Notes under the pieces: generated by a model
Told to the model about the DNA's origin: nothing
Seen by the model: only the letters and a program-made list of their open reading frames with translations
Databases searched by the model: none
Program-made: the position numbers and the translations under genes
Assembly (NCBI GenBank): GCA_016198685.1
Contig: JACQID010000004.1
Span: 224,001-288,000, forward strand
From: Candidatus Aenigmatarchaeota archaeon
Lineage (GTDB): Archaea > Aenigmatarchaeota > Aenigmatarchaeia > GW2011-AR5
Length of the DNA stretch: 64,000 nt
Direction: 5' to 3'
Part shown: positions 38,569-47,954 of the stretch, one piece after another
Layout of the letters: every line of letters begins with the position of its first letter
Numbering within the stretch: the first letter of the stretch is position 1

Positions 38569-39180
38569 CTAAACGGCCTGTTTTTCCCCTTTTGCCGGGG
38601 CAATTATTTCTGCGGGCATGACATATTCCTGAGGCATCTGAGCATTGCTTTCTTTTCTGTCATCCAACTTCTTGTAAAAGAATTTGTAGAGAAGCATCAG
38701 CGCCATCATAGCAGCAAAAGCCGCAAGTATAAGATTGTATTCGCCAGCAGAAACGATGATTCCCCCGCGTCCCCTTTCGATTGCCGTTCTTTCCTTATCC
38801 AATATCAGTTTCCATGCATCCATATGCGCCTTGCGAATTTTCATGCCGTCTAATTCAAGCACAAGGGAATCAAATATAGCATGCAATGCCGATATTCTTT
38901 CGTTTGATTCGCGTATCTTTTTTTCGGTATCGTTAAGCGAAGCAAGCGATTCCGCGTATGCTGCAGTCAGATTATCAACCAAGCCAAACTTTTCTATGAC
39001 ATAAATGCTCGGCAGACCGCTCCCGCCGGCAGGCGTTACAGTGAATAGGATTTTATAGATATTTTCCCCGGCCTGTATCATGTTCCCTGATATGGCGCTT
39101 TGATTAACGCCTTCAACTACAGAAGCTGATGAAACGGGCATTACAAGCCATATCAACGCCGCAGCGATCAACAATTTCAT
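38569..39180 (-). CDS. Hypothetical protein: signal peptide, coiled coil, C-terminal TM
   Basis: Hydrophobic N-terminus; heptad-like ESLASLNDTEKKIRESNERI; LILAAFAAMMALMLLY; ATGA overlap. Confidence 0.7.
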   Translation of the reverse strand: MKLLIAAALIWLVMPVSSASVVEGVNQSAISGNMIQAGENIYKILFTVTPAGGSGLPSIYVIEKFGLVDNLTAAYAESLASLNDTEKKIRESNERISALHAIFDSLVLELDGMKIRKAHMDAWKLILDKERTAIERGRGGIIVSAGEYNLILAAFAAMMALMLLYKFFYKKLDDRKESNAQMPQEYVMPAEIIAPAKGEKQAV

Positions 39181-40205
39181 TTGCTCGCCCTCCTGATGAA
39201 AGTTACATATATGGTCGTTCCTGCAAGAACTGCCATGAACGCCAGCATTTCCGGCCTGAACTCCTTGCCTGTAGCGGCCTTTATCTTGGCTTCAGAAAGC
39301 TTGAGCGAAGCTTCTGCAATTGCATTTTCGCCCACAGTAAGATTACCTCTGGCAGCAAGAATAGAAACATTGATTTCAGTTATGTTATTTTCCAGCGAAA
39401 TTTCATTCTCAAGCATTGCAGCCAGCGTAGCATTGGCTTTTCCAAACATCACGCCGGCATTCAGGTTCCTGTATCGCAGCGTTTCTGCATTTTCAGTATC
39501 TTCGATGAACATCGGCCCTTGGAAAGCCTTGCCAAAATATATTTCCGTATTTTTGCCTATGCTATCATCGTTCACAGACGATATAATTATCGTGTTTGAT
39601 TCTCTCTCAAGATCCCATTTTATGTCAGAAGATGATCTTACAAGAAGAGGCGTCATGTTTTTCGGGATTACGACTGCAATGTTTTTTGCTCGGGCAGACG
39701 ACAGCCTTATCGAAAGTTTTTCTGAAGATGGGAAATATGACGTTTCCTTTTCGTTTATGACAGATTGACCTTGAGGTATTATGGCAAAGCCACTCACAGC
39801 AGCATACTGCGCATATTCGCCCGGCGCAAGAGATATGCTCACGTTTGACGTAATGTTGCCTATGGAAATGAAATTTACATTCCTAGTCATATTGCCGTTA
39901 TTGCTAAGCGTGCCTTTTTCCAGCGTCATGCCGTTTTTGGTAACAAGGCGTATCGTATCAGTCATCGTTATGTTGGCTATAGTCTCGGAAATTTCTTCCA
40001 CATGTAATTCGACAGGCGCTGCATATTTTACTATCTCTGTGCCCGAAGAGAACATAAAATAGAGAACGAACGCAAAGAACATGAGGATGAAGGGTTTCTT
40101 CATAAGAATAAACTGCCTGAAATCTAATAAAGCCGATGGCATATGTAATGTTTCTGTAATTGACGTGCAATCATGGCGCGATGATGTGCTTAAATCTTTT
40201 TTCAA
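39177..40205 (-). CDS. Hypothetical type I membrane or surface protein (start probably later, at MKKPF)
   Basis: N-terminal TM, many NxS/T sequons, C-terminal MLAFMAVLAGTTIYVTFI. Confidence 0.7.
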   Translation of the reverse strand: MKKDLSTSSRHDCTSITETLHMPSALLDFRQFILMKKPFILMFFAFVLYFMFSSGTEIVKYAAPVELHVEEISETIANITMTDTIRLVTKNGMTLEKGTLSNNGNMTRNVNFISIGNITSNVSISLAPGEYAQYAAVSGFAIIPQGQSVINEKETSYFPSSEKLSIRLSSARAKNIAVVIPKNMTPLLVRSSSDIKWDLERESNTIIISSVNDDSIGKNTEIYFGKAFQGPMFIEDTENAETLRYRNLNAGVMFGKANATLAAMLENEISLENNITEINVSILAARGNLTVGENAIAEASLKLSEAKIKAATGKEFRPEMLAFMAVLAGTTIYVTFIRRASK

Positions 40206-40237
40206 AATTTTATAGTAACTCGGTGATTCTATTGGTA

Positions 40238-40366
40238 ATGGCGACTGTGCAGATAAGACTGACGGAAAAACAGATCAAACAGATAGACGAACTTGTGGAA
40301 CAGGGAGTTTATCCGAACCGTTCAGAAACGGTTCGTGATGCCGTAAGAAAATTAGTCAGGGTCTAA
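40238..40366 (+). CDS. Ribbon-helix-helix (CopG/Arc) regulator, 42 aa
   Basis: TVQIRLTEKQIKQIDELVEQGVYPNRSETVRDAVR. Confidence 0.85.
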   Translation: MATVQIRLTEKQIKQIDELVEQGVYPNRSETVRDAVRKLVRV

Positions 40367-41478
40367 TCAAGCATCTTTGCTATTATTGCGTCCGGATCGA
40401 AATCATCCAAGTCGCCATATTTCTGGCCGCTTCCAAGATAGAGTATGGGCTTTCCTGTAACATACGATGCCGAAAGGCAAGCGCCTCCTTTATCGTAAAC
40501 ATCCGTTTTTGTTAATATTATGGCATCGACCCCTATTGCATGGTCATATATTTTTGCCTGTTCATATATGTCGTTTCCTGTAAGCGAATCGAGGATGAGT
40601 ATTTTAAGGTCGGGTTTGTTGACACGTGCGACTTTTTTCAATTCGTCCATCAGGTTTGCGTTTGAATGAGAGCGCCCGGCAGTGTCGCCTATTATTAGCT
40701 TGGATTTCCTAGCTTCTGCATGCTTTCTTGCATCAAAAATTACGGCAGCCGGATCGGCGCCGTAAGAATGCTTTACAAGGTCAAACCCGGCTTTTTTGGA
40801 ATGTTCTTGGAGTTGCTCTATTGATGCTGCCCTGAATGTATCTGCTGCGGCAACAACCGGTCTGAATTTTCTGAACTTATGGGCAAGCTTCGCTATTGTC
40901 GTGGTTTTGCCAGCACCGTTTGTGCCAAAAACAAGCATAAGGTATGCCCCTTCTTTCGCATCTATGAGTTTTTCTAAATCAATCTTCTCGCGGGTCATGA
41001 TGTTTTTCAGTGAATGTGCAAGGGCATTCTTCAGGACATCTTGAGTTTTGCTCCTGCCTACGCTCGTGCCGACGATGGCATTTTTCACTTCATCGCATAT
41101 CTTTTCCGCAACTTCATACGCTACATCGTTCTCAAGAAGGACGGTTTTAAGATTGCCAAATATCTCCTCAGCTTCTTTTTCACCAAGTTTCTTCTCTGTT
41201 ATCCTGCTTACTGCCTTGGAAAATAGGCTTTTCTTCGTTTTTTCTTCGATTGCCGGCTCTTCGGATATTTCAATTTTTTCTTCAGTCTTCCCATCCGATT
41301 CAGGAGCTTCGGTCAGTTCTTTTATTTCTTCCGTCTTTTCTGGAATTATCTCAGGTACCTTGAGAGGCTGCGGCATTGGCTCAGGTTCTTTCCTTTCTTC
41401 CGGATGCGTTTCTTGCGCCGATTCCTCTTTGGAAAAAGAGAATATGCTTTTCAATTTCTTCTTTAGCGACTCAAACAT
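40363..41478 (-). CDS. ftsY: SRP receptor FtsY
   Basis: Acidic N-domain, GTNGAGKTTTIAK, DTFRAAS, DTAGR, TKTD. Confidence 0.96.
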   Translation of the reverse strand: MFESLKKKLKSIFSFSKEESAQETHPEERKEPEPMPQPLKVPEIIPEKTEEIKELTEAPESDGKTEEKIEISEEPAIEEKTKKSLFSKAVSRITEKKLGEKEAEEIFGNLKTVLLENDVAYEVAEKICDEVKNAIVGTSVGRSKTQDVLKNALAHSLKNIMTREKIDLEKLIDAKEGAYLMLVFGTNGAGKTTTIAKLAHKFRKFRPVVAAADTFRAASIEQLQEHSKKAGFDLVKHSYGADPAAVIFDARKHAEARKSKLIIGDTAGRSHSNANLMDELKKVARVNKPDLKILILDSLTGNDIYEQAKIYDHAIGVDAIILTKTDVYDKGGACLSASYVTGKPILYLGSGQKYGDLDDFDPDAIIAKMLD

Positions 41479-41482
41479 TTCA

Positions 41483-41899
41483 TCACTGTGTCATGTTCTG
41501 CAGTTCGGTTTCCAAAATCTCTGCTTGCCTTCCCAGTTTTTCAGCCTCGGTTTGAAGCTGTTCCATGTAATTCATTACTTCCATACGACGGGTTTCAAGG
41601 ATTGCTACGGCGTTTTCTTTTGATTCTTCAACAAACACGCCCGCGCCTATGCCTACTATGAAATTTTCAGTGTTTTCCAGCGAGGCTTTAGCGAATACGC
41701 CCGAGCCTATGGGCGACCATATTGACTTTCCCCGGTCTTCCTTATCAACCCTTTTCATGGCTTCGGATGACATGATTAATTCAGAAGACTTTTCCTCAAG
41801 CATCATCCTCTCCTGGAGCAGTACCGACATTTGTTGTTTCATCGCCTGGTAGTGCGAGTATTTTCTTTGAATGTCTTCCTTCTTGTCGTTTTCGTCCAT
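41483..41899 (-). CDS. pfdA: Prefoldin alpha subunit
   Basis: SPIGSGVF..VGIGAGVFVE hairpins between coiled coils; conserved position. Confidence 0.9.
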   Translation of the reverse strand: MDENDKKEDIQRKYSHYQAMKQQMSVLLQERMMLEEKSSELIMSSEAMKRVDKEDRGKSIWSPIGSGVFAKASLENTENFIVGIGAGVFVEESKENAVAILETRRMEVMNYMEQLQTEAEKLGRQAEILETELQNMTQ

Positions 41900-41912
41900 A
41901 TTTATCGCCTGG

Positions 41913-42557
41913 TCATTCTAGGAATCCCAGAGCCTCAACTATATTTCCCATTTCAGGTCCCGTTGATTGCTCCGAAACCGCAAAACTAAAAGAGTTGGCT
42001 ATTATGCCTGATTTCACATAGGGCGAACCATAATTGACAGTTCCAATCATCACAGGAACTTCCAAAACTTTCTCGATAACCGCTTTTTCACTTTCCTTGA
42101 TTTTCGGGTGCGCAAGGCAGCCCTTGTTCGTAGCTATAGCTGCGCTGCCGCATATTTTGAGGCCGGCGACTGTTCCTATTTCAGTTTTCACGCCTAAAAA
42201 CTCTTCTATCGTGTCTTTCGATTTCCTAAGCAAAGGCGATATTATTGCGCCGATATCGTTTGCAATTATCAAATTCCCTAAGGCAGTTTGATTCGTCTCA
42301 AGCTCAAGAACGTGGCTGTGTTTTATTTTGGTAAATCCATAGGCCGCAGAGAAATTTGATATTATAATGCCACGCGAATTGCCGGCTGCAAACATGCCTG
42401 CAAAATAGGTATTCATGACCATGGCGGAAACTACCGGAACTTTCAGGGTCTCAAATGTTTTTGGAGCGCCTCTTTGGAACCCGGCAAGATAATATTTGTC
42501 TGTAGCAAAGCCGTAAAGCCCTATGTTAGGGTCTCCTGCAAACGATACTTTGAACAT
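41913..42557 (-). CDS. eif6: Translation initiation factor 6
   Basis: NIGLY, GNSRG, ALGNLI.AND, GTVNYGS..V.SG. Confidence 0.93.
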   Translation of the reverse strand: MFKVSFAGDPNIGLYGFATDKYYLAGFQRGAPKTFETLKVPVVSAMVMNTYFAGMFAAGNSRGIIISNFSAAYGFTKIKHSHVLELETNQTALGNLIIANDIGAIISPLLRKSKDTIEEFLGVKTEIGTVAGLKICGSAAIATNKGCLAHPKIKESEKAVIEKVLEVPVMIGTVNYGSPYVKSGIIANSFSFAVSEQSTGPEMGNIVEALGFLE

Positions 42558-42560
42558 GAT

Positions 42561-43019
42561 TTAAGCACCCGCGCGCGTCTTTCTTTCCATAAATTCCTGT
42601 ATTATGCCAAACCCTGGCACTTTTGTCTTCCTTCTTTTTTTCTCAGGCAGTTCTATCTCCACTTCATCCCCATCCTTCAAGTTTGCAACTTCTTTGAGAT
42701 TTTTTGTAGAAAGAAGCTCAAGCACATCATTATTATACGTTTTGTCTGCATCACGCATGCCCCAGCATTCTTCAGTCTTATCCTTGAATACAAGCTTTAC
42801 CGGCATAAAATATGCATCTATGTGCCTTTTGCCATGGCTCAATATATAATCCATCTCTATTGTCGCATAAGGAGCAATGTTTATCGGCTCTTGAAGCCTT
42901 ACATTCAGAGTTCCCGGATATGGGCTGATCTTCAGAAGATGAGTGATTCTGGGTCCCCATTTCTTTATTAGATCCCCGCCACGGCCAAAGCCGGAAAAGA
43001 TTTTACCCTTAATTTTCAT
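42561..43019 (-). CDS. ribK: CTP-dependent riboflavin kinase family (no N-terminal HTH)
   Basis: G.IFSGFGRG, PYPGTLNV, VLELLS..NL....LKDGDEV. Confidence 0.8.
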   Translation of the reverse strand: MKIKGKIFSGFGRGGDLIKKWGPRITHLLKISPYPGTLNVRLQEPINIAPYATIEMDYILSHGKRHIDAYFMPVKLVFKDKTEECWGMRDADKTYNNDVLELLSTKNLKEVANLKDGDEVEIELPEKKRRKTKVPGFGIIQEFMERKTRAGA

Positions 43020-43062
43020 GATAATCTATTGAAGAAACAGTATATAAATGAAGCAAGAATGT

Positions 43063-43320
43063 CTATCCATATTTCCTTTTGAGCATCAACAGCATAGAAG
43101 TTGCAATAACTATCATGGAGTTAGTGGCGTATATGAACATATCGGCTTTCAACAGGCCGTATACTGTCCATATGGCACCGTTGATAATTCCTATTAATAT
43201 CACGGCCCAAGACAAGTCTTTAGTCCTTTTTGTGCGATAAGAGGCCCATACCTGTGGGAAAAACAATATAGATGCCGTTATAGAACCAGATAATCCTAAT
43301 AAAAACATTAAATCCGGCAT
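43063..43320 (-). CDS. SemiSWEET/PQ-loop family protein
   Basis: FFPQVWASYRTKRTKDLSW, W.VYG. Confidence 0.85.
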   Translation of the reverse strand: MPDLMFLLGLSGSITASILFFPQVWASYRTKRTKDLSWAVILIGIINGAIWTVYGLLKADMFIYATNSMIVIATSMLLMLKRKYG

Positions 43321-43339
43321 ATCATCTCTTCCGCGCAAA

Positions 43340-43759
43340 TTATGCCTTAGGCGTTTCAGGTTTTTCGGCTACAGCTTCCTTGCCTTCTATCTTCTTTTCA
43401 AGAGTTTCGTTCTTGACGGCCTTAGGTGTAAGCCTTTCTTCAAGCTTTTCTTTCATGCCTTTTATCTCCTTTCTTGGCTGTGCCTTGAAATCCTGATAAT
43501 CATGACCCATGAGCTCTGCCTTGAAAGTTTCCCCGTCTTTAATGATCTTTACACGCACACGCCTCTGCGCTTTGTCTTTTCCATGAACCCATAAGACTTC
43601 ATTAAGGAACTTGCCTATCTTGACGTTTCCGGATTTGACGCGCATAGCTATCTGCTTTTTCATCAAAGAGACAGAATATTTTGCTCTCTTTTTCTGCGCC
43701 TTCTTGCCGCTCTCGCCAAGAGGTATTGTCAAAACTATGTCTTCTGCCATAATCATCAA
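43340..43759 (-). CDS. rpl31e: 50S ribosomal protein L31e with C-terminal extension
   Basis: KRAKYSV, LNEVLW.HG, RVRVK; position in operon. Confidence 0.85.
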   Translation of the reverse strand: MMIMAEDIVLTIPLGESGKKAQKKRAKYSVSLMKKQIAMRVKSGNVKIGKFLNEVLWVHGKDKAQRRVRVKIIKDGETFKAELMGHDYQDFKAQPRKEIKGMKEKLEERLTPKAVKNETLEKKIEGKEAVAEKPETPKA

Positions 43760-43920
43760 ATCTTGTTCTTGCTTCTTCTCCAGTTCTTCTTCCAGGATGC
43801 TATTTTTCTGGTGCGTGCCCTCTTAAGGGCGAATTTCTTTATGTCAGCCCATCTTGGAGCGTTCTTTCCTCTGATAGCTATGAGCTTCAGCTTCTTTCCC
43901 AGATCTTTTCTTGCTCCCAT
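43756..43920 (-). CDS. rpl39e: 50S ribosomal protein L39e, 54 aa (not in ORF track)
   Basis: MGARKDLGKKLKL..KNAPRWADIKK..KNWRRSK; directly upstream of rpl31e. Confidence 0.88.
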   Translation of the reverse strand: MGARKDLGKKLKLIAIRGKNAPRWADIKKFALKRARTRKIASWKKNWRRSKNKI

Positions 43921-43925
43921 GTCGA

Positions 43926-44216
43926 TCATTTCCTTTTTATGTTGAATTCTCGTTTTTCGTTTATCTTTCTTAATATCTGCACAAGCTGCTCCTCAGTTAT
44001 CTTGCCCCTCAGCTGCCCACTATGATATAGCTGGGAAAGATAGATATCGAGTTGCTGTGCGACTTCAGGTTTGACTACGCGAATATTATTTAATCTCTCT
44101 TTCGCTTTTGGCTCCAACACGAGTGAAAGCGTGCTTTTGATAGCATCTTCCGTTTTCTTGTTCTCTTCTGCGATACGTTGTTGGAGTATGCGGTTTTTTA
44201 TCTCCTCTTCCTCCAT
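43926..44216 (-). CDS. PDCD5-like DNA-binding protein
   Basis: LEPKAKERLNNIRVVKP, ITEEQLVQIL, RE..IKRK. Confidence 0.92.
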   Translation of the reverse strand: MEEEEIKNRILQQRIAEENKKTEDAIKSTLSLVLEPKAKERLNNIRVVKPEVAQQLDIYLSQLYHSGQLRGKITEEQLVQILRKINEKREFNIKRK

Positions 44217-44220
44217 GCTT

Positions 44221-44631
44221 TCACTTCAGCGATTTTGCGATTTTATTCAAAAGCTTCATGCCCTCTGGCGTGAGTGCTCTTCCTTTGGGCTTCTCTGTTT
44301 TTTTGGCAAGGCTTGCCTTTTCAAGATCCTGAAGTATTGTTCTTATGATTTTGCCCCCGCCTTTAGCAAAACGTGCCGGCTTGTGGCCTCTTCTGTGCTT
44401 GCTGCCATAATAGCTTCTAAGCTTTGAAACGCCTACTGGGCCGTCCTTATACAGCCTACCCATGACACTTGCTGCGCGGTAAAACCACCAATCAGCATCA
44501 TCGGGAAGTCTCTCCTTGCCCATTCCTGTCTTAACATAAGAAGCCCATTCAGGCTTCTCGAGTTTTTCCTTGAGAACTTCAGCAAGTCCTTTAGTAAGCT
44601 TTTCCTGGTTCGCGTCCATTGGAGATGTCAT
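44221..44631 (-). CDS. rps19e: 30S ribosomal protein S19e
   Basis: PEWASYVKTG..KE..P, WWFYRAAS, GPVGV..LR..YG. Confidence 0.96.
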   Translation of the reverse strand: MTSPMDANQEKLTKGLAEVLKEKLEKPEWASYVKTGMGKERLPDDADWWFYRAASVMGRLYKDGPVGVSKLRSYYGSKHRRGHKPARFAKGGGKIIRTILQDLEKASLAKKTEKPKGRALTPEGMKLLNKIAKSLK

Positions 44632-44668
44632 AAATTATCAGCTATTAATACGATAGGAAACATTTATA

Positions 44669-44992
44669 TTAGTATGCTTTCCTTCGTCGGACTGAAGAAG
44701 CCATAATAAAGCTCTTCTTGCATTCATTGCACGTGACAACGGCAACACCTTTTTTTACCCGTACAAAACTATTTTTGCCTATATTTAAATACGAGGAGCA
44801 ATACTTGCAGAAACGATTCTTTACCAAAGGAGGTATTCTTACATTATAACGCATTCCTATCCGTTTCAGCAGCCTTATATAGCGCTTTGCAAGCGCAGGA
44901 TCGCTTGCAGCCCTTTTGGCGGCTTCATCTATGAGTATTTCCATGCGTTCCTTGGCTATTTTGATCTGAAATTCAGGCTTACCGCTTCTCAT
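44669..44992 (-). CDS. rnp4: RNase P protein 4 (Rpp21)
   Basis: IAKERMEIL, RYI, FCKYC...C.EC zinc ribbon. Confidence 0.92.
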   Translation of the reverse strand: MRSGKPEFQIKIAKERMEILIDEAAKRAASDPALAKRYIRLLKRIGMRYNVRIPPLVKNRFCKYCSSYLNIGKNSFVRVKKGVAVVTCNECKKSFIMASSVRRRKAY

Positions 44993-46367
44993 GTTTCTTC
45001 CATCTCGTGCCCTCGGGGGCGTCTTCTAGATATATGCCGCGCTCGGCAAGCTTTTTTCTGATTTCATCAGAAGCCATGTAATCCCCACTTTTTCTCATTT
45101 TTTCCCGTTCTTTTATCATATTCGCTTCTTCATCGCTTATGGTTTCCTCACTCTCAAGGAAGCAGAATACCTTGTCCGCGTCTTCCAAGAACTCGATTAT
45201 CTTGCGGGCGCTTTTTTCCGAATTTATGTTCTTATTTGCGAATCTTGCCATGCCGAATAATGCACCAAGCGCATTAGGCGTATTCGCATCGTCTTCAAGC
45301 GCAGCCCAGAATTTTTTTTCATATGCTGAGATCTTCCTGTTTTCATTGCCGCTGCCCTTTATCTCCTTCATTCTTCTGTAAAAATCATTTATTGTATGAA
45401 GTGCATTCTCAGAATCACGAAGCCCGTCAAGCGTGAAGTTCATCTCGCTTCTGTAGTGCGAAGAAGCACAAAGATAGCGGAACGCTGCAGCACTGAATCC
45501 CTTTTCTTCAAGCTGGGAAAGAGTATAGTAGTTTCCTAATGATTTGGAAATTTTCTTTCCCTCGAGCAATATGAATGCTACATGCATCCAGACTTTGGAA
45601 AATTTCTTTCCGGTCGCCGCCTCGCTTTGAGCTATCTCATTCGTATGGTGTACAGGAATATGATCTATTCCGCCTGCATGAATATCCAGGGTCTTGCCAA
45701 GATATTTCATTGCCATGGCAGAGCATTCTATATGCCAGCCGGGAAACCCGATACCCCAAGGCGAATGCCATTCCATCTGCCGCTTTTCCTTCGAGAATTT
45801 CCAGAGAGCAAAATCGGTTGCGTTTCTCTTTCCTCCCATATCTACGCGCTTCCCAGCCTCCAGACCTTCCTTGTCAAGCCTCGCTAATCTGCCATAATCC
45901 TTGAATTTTGATGTGTCAAAATAAACGCCATCTTCGGTGAGATATGTGTAGCCTTTTTTTTCAAGGCTGGCAACAAGATATATCATTTCTTTTATGTGAT
46001 CAGTAGCCTTGCATAGAATGGAAGGTTTCTTGATATTCAGCTTTTCCATATCCGCAAGAAACTGCTCGGTATAGAAATTTGCGATTTCCCACGCAGTCTT
46101 CTTCTCGCGCTTCGCGCCCAACTCCATCTTGTCCTCTCCACTATCCGAATCCGAGACAAGATGTCCCACGTCCGTTATGTTCATTACGTGTTTTACTCTG
46201 TGCTTCCGTTCAATTATCCGTTTTATCACGTCTTCTGCAACGTAAGTCCTCAGGTTGCCGATATGTGCATAATCATAAACAGTAGGCCCGCATGTATAGA
46301 TTTTTACTTCGTCACTTGCAAGTCCGATAATTTTCTTTTTTCGGGCAAAAGTATCAAAGAGCTTCAT
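44979..46367 (-). CDS. cysS: Cysteinyl-tRNA synthetase
   Basis: YTCGPTVY, HIGN, PGWHIECS, HAGGIDH, KISKS. Confidence 0.97.
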   Translation of the reverse strand: MKLFDTFARKKKIIGLASDEVKIYTCGPTVYDYAHIGNLRTYVAEDVIKRIIERKHRVKHVMNITDVGHLVSDSDSGEDKMELGAKREKKTAWEIANFYTEQFLADMEKLNIKKPSILCKATDHIKEMIYLVASLEKKGYTYLTEDGVYFDTSKFKDYGRLARLDKEGLEAGKRVDMGGKRNATDFALWKFSKEKRQMEWHSPWGIGFPGWHIECSAMAMKYLGKTLDIHAGGIDHIPVHHTNEIAQSEAATGKKFSKVWMHVAFILLEGKKISKSLGNYYTLSQLEEKGFSAAAFRYLCASSHYRSEMNFTLDGLRDSENALHTINDFYRRMKEIKGSGNENRKISAYEKKFWAALEDDANTPNALGALFGMARFANKNINSEKSARKIIEFLEDADKVFCFLESEETISDEEANMIKEREKMRKSGDYMASDEIRKKLAERGIYLEDAPEGTRWKKHEKR

Positions 46368-46418
46368 AAATTACCTTGGAAAATAAAGCATTTATACTCC
46401 CGTAGAAGCTGGCTGTTT

Positions 46419-47954
46419 TTATTTTTTATTTTTTCTGCCGGACGGCGTGAAACTGTAGCCGGATTTTCTATTCCGAATGTCTATGGCATATTCATTCTTT
46501 CTCCCCTGGCCAAGCTGTTGTTTGACCTCTTTGAGATGATCATGGCCATGATAATACATCCATCCAAGTATCAATGCTATGACAAATACTGAGAGCGCTA
46601 TGTACCAGCCATAGTCATTGACTATATCTTTTACGGCATTCACTATATTCTCATTATCTTGAATCACGTCATCTACTATCACAGCTTTTTTGACAGCCGA
46701 TACTGCAAATAATGAAAACCCTGGAGTTGTTGCAATATAATATACATGTTCAGCTGTGCCGCCGGATTCAGATGTCGCAAGCTCAGACCAGCCGGATATG
46801 TATCTCATGAGACCTATATCAGATGTCGCAAATCCGTTGTCTGCTATCCATTTTTTTGCAACTTGGAAGCTTATTTCGGCTGCGGTTATGTCCGAATCTG
46901 AGAAATTGGAAAGTACAATCTCCATGTATTGATGTATTTTTCCTTCTGGCGCTTCCTTATCGGTGCTTTCCAGATTCTTGATTTCTATACTGATATTTGC
47001 TAAAGCTTTCGATGCCGTGAATGCAATTCTTCTCACTCCGGTTTCTGCCGGATTGTCTATATCCACGCCTGCGCTTTCGCCTGCAGCAACAGAAGGAATC
47101 TTTATCACTGAAATACCTTCTGTTGTGCTTATGGTCGTGCCTTCAGGCGCTGGTGCCTTGGATAGAGCGCTTCCTCCGCCCCCTCCACCGCCGCCACTGC
47201 CGCTTCCGCTGCCTGAATCACTGCTTCCTCCGCTTGCAGAGGGTATAGTTGTGCTTCCGGATTCTGTATCAGTGCCTCCCGGGCTCCCGGATACGCTAAG
47301 GACAAAATTGCAAGTTCCTGATGAGCTCCCTGCAGTCACGCTCCAGCTTTCCGATGTGGTTGCCGAATCTCCAATAGTACCTATAGTCTTCGTGGCGCTG
47401 GATATCGTGCACTTTCCTGAAGTTTCTTCAAGTGTTGCCGTAACAGAACTGCTACTGCCTGCAGTCTCAGTGCCGCCATTTTGTATCGTAGCTGAAACTG
47501 TGAATGTCTGGCTTGCCGTGGCGGAAGATGGCGTGCTTAGAGAAACTACGCTCAAATCTGCAGCAGAACTTACAGTAACTTGCGTGCAGTCAGCAGTGCA
47601 GGTTCCCCCCATATCCACGCATACGTCCTCCGAACCGGCCGTATTAGGAGTTATTGTGAAATCCAGGCTTTTTGATTCGCCGGAGCTGATGCTTGAAATC
47701 ACTTGCGAAATTGTATCCCCTGTAAACCAGCTTCCAAGAAGCGAGGCCGTGATGCTGGACTGGGATTGCGATTGCTGGTTTGTTACGCTGACTGTGAGCG
47801 TGCCTGCCGAACCCTTGGTCATTGAAGTCGTCGTAAGGGAACATGTATATTGCGATGATGAACATGCATTACTGCAGGCCGCATAAGATGCCTGGAGCGC
47901 AAATGCCATCATTATTACTGCAATTACCAATGTCTTAGTTTTCATTGTGATCAC
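46419..47954 (-). CDS. Surface protein: CARDB-like domains, Gly/Ser linker, PGF-pre-PGF domain, C-terminal TM
   Basis: Signal peptide; GSGSGGGGGGGGS linker; F.V.K.W...TTPGFSLFAV; YIALSVFVIALILGW. Confidence 0.85.
   Translation of the reverse strand: MITMKTKTLVIAVIMMAFALQASYAACSNACSSSQYTCSLTTTSMTKGSAGTLTVSVTNQQSQSQSSITASLLGSWFTGDTISQVISSISSGESKSLDFTITPNTAGSEDVCVDMGGTCTADCTQVTVSSAADLSVVSLSTPSSATASQTFTVSATIQNGGTETAGSSSSVTATLEETSGKCTISSATKTIGTIGDSATTSESWSVTAGSSSGTCNFVLSVSGSPGGTDTESGSTTIPSASGGSSDSGSGSGSGGGGGGGGSALSKAPAPEGTTISTTEGISVIKIPSVAAGESAGVDIDNPAETGVRRIAFTASKALANISIEIKNLESTDKEAPEGKIHQYMEIVLSNFSDSDITAAEISFQVAKKWIADNGFATSDIGLMRYISGWSELATSESGGTAEHVYYIATTPGFSLFAVSAVKKAVIVDDVIQDNENIVNAVKDIVNDYGWYIALSVFVIALILGWMYYHGHDHLKEVKQQLGQGRKNEYAIDIRNRKSGYSFTPSGRKNKK

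Noticed and set aside
46963-47886. 307-aa plus-strand ORF with poly-Pro
   Set aside because: Antisense shadow of the Gly/Ser-rich surface gene
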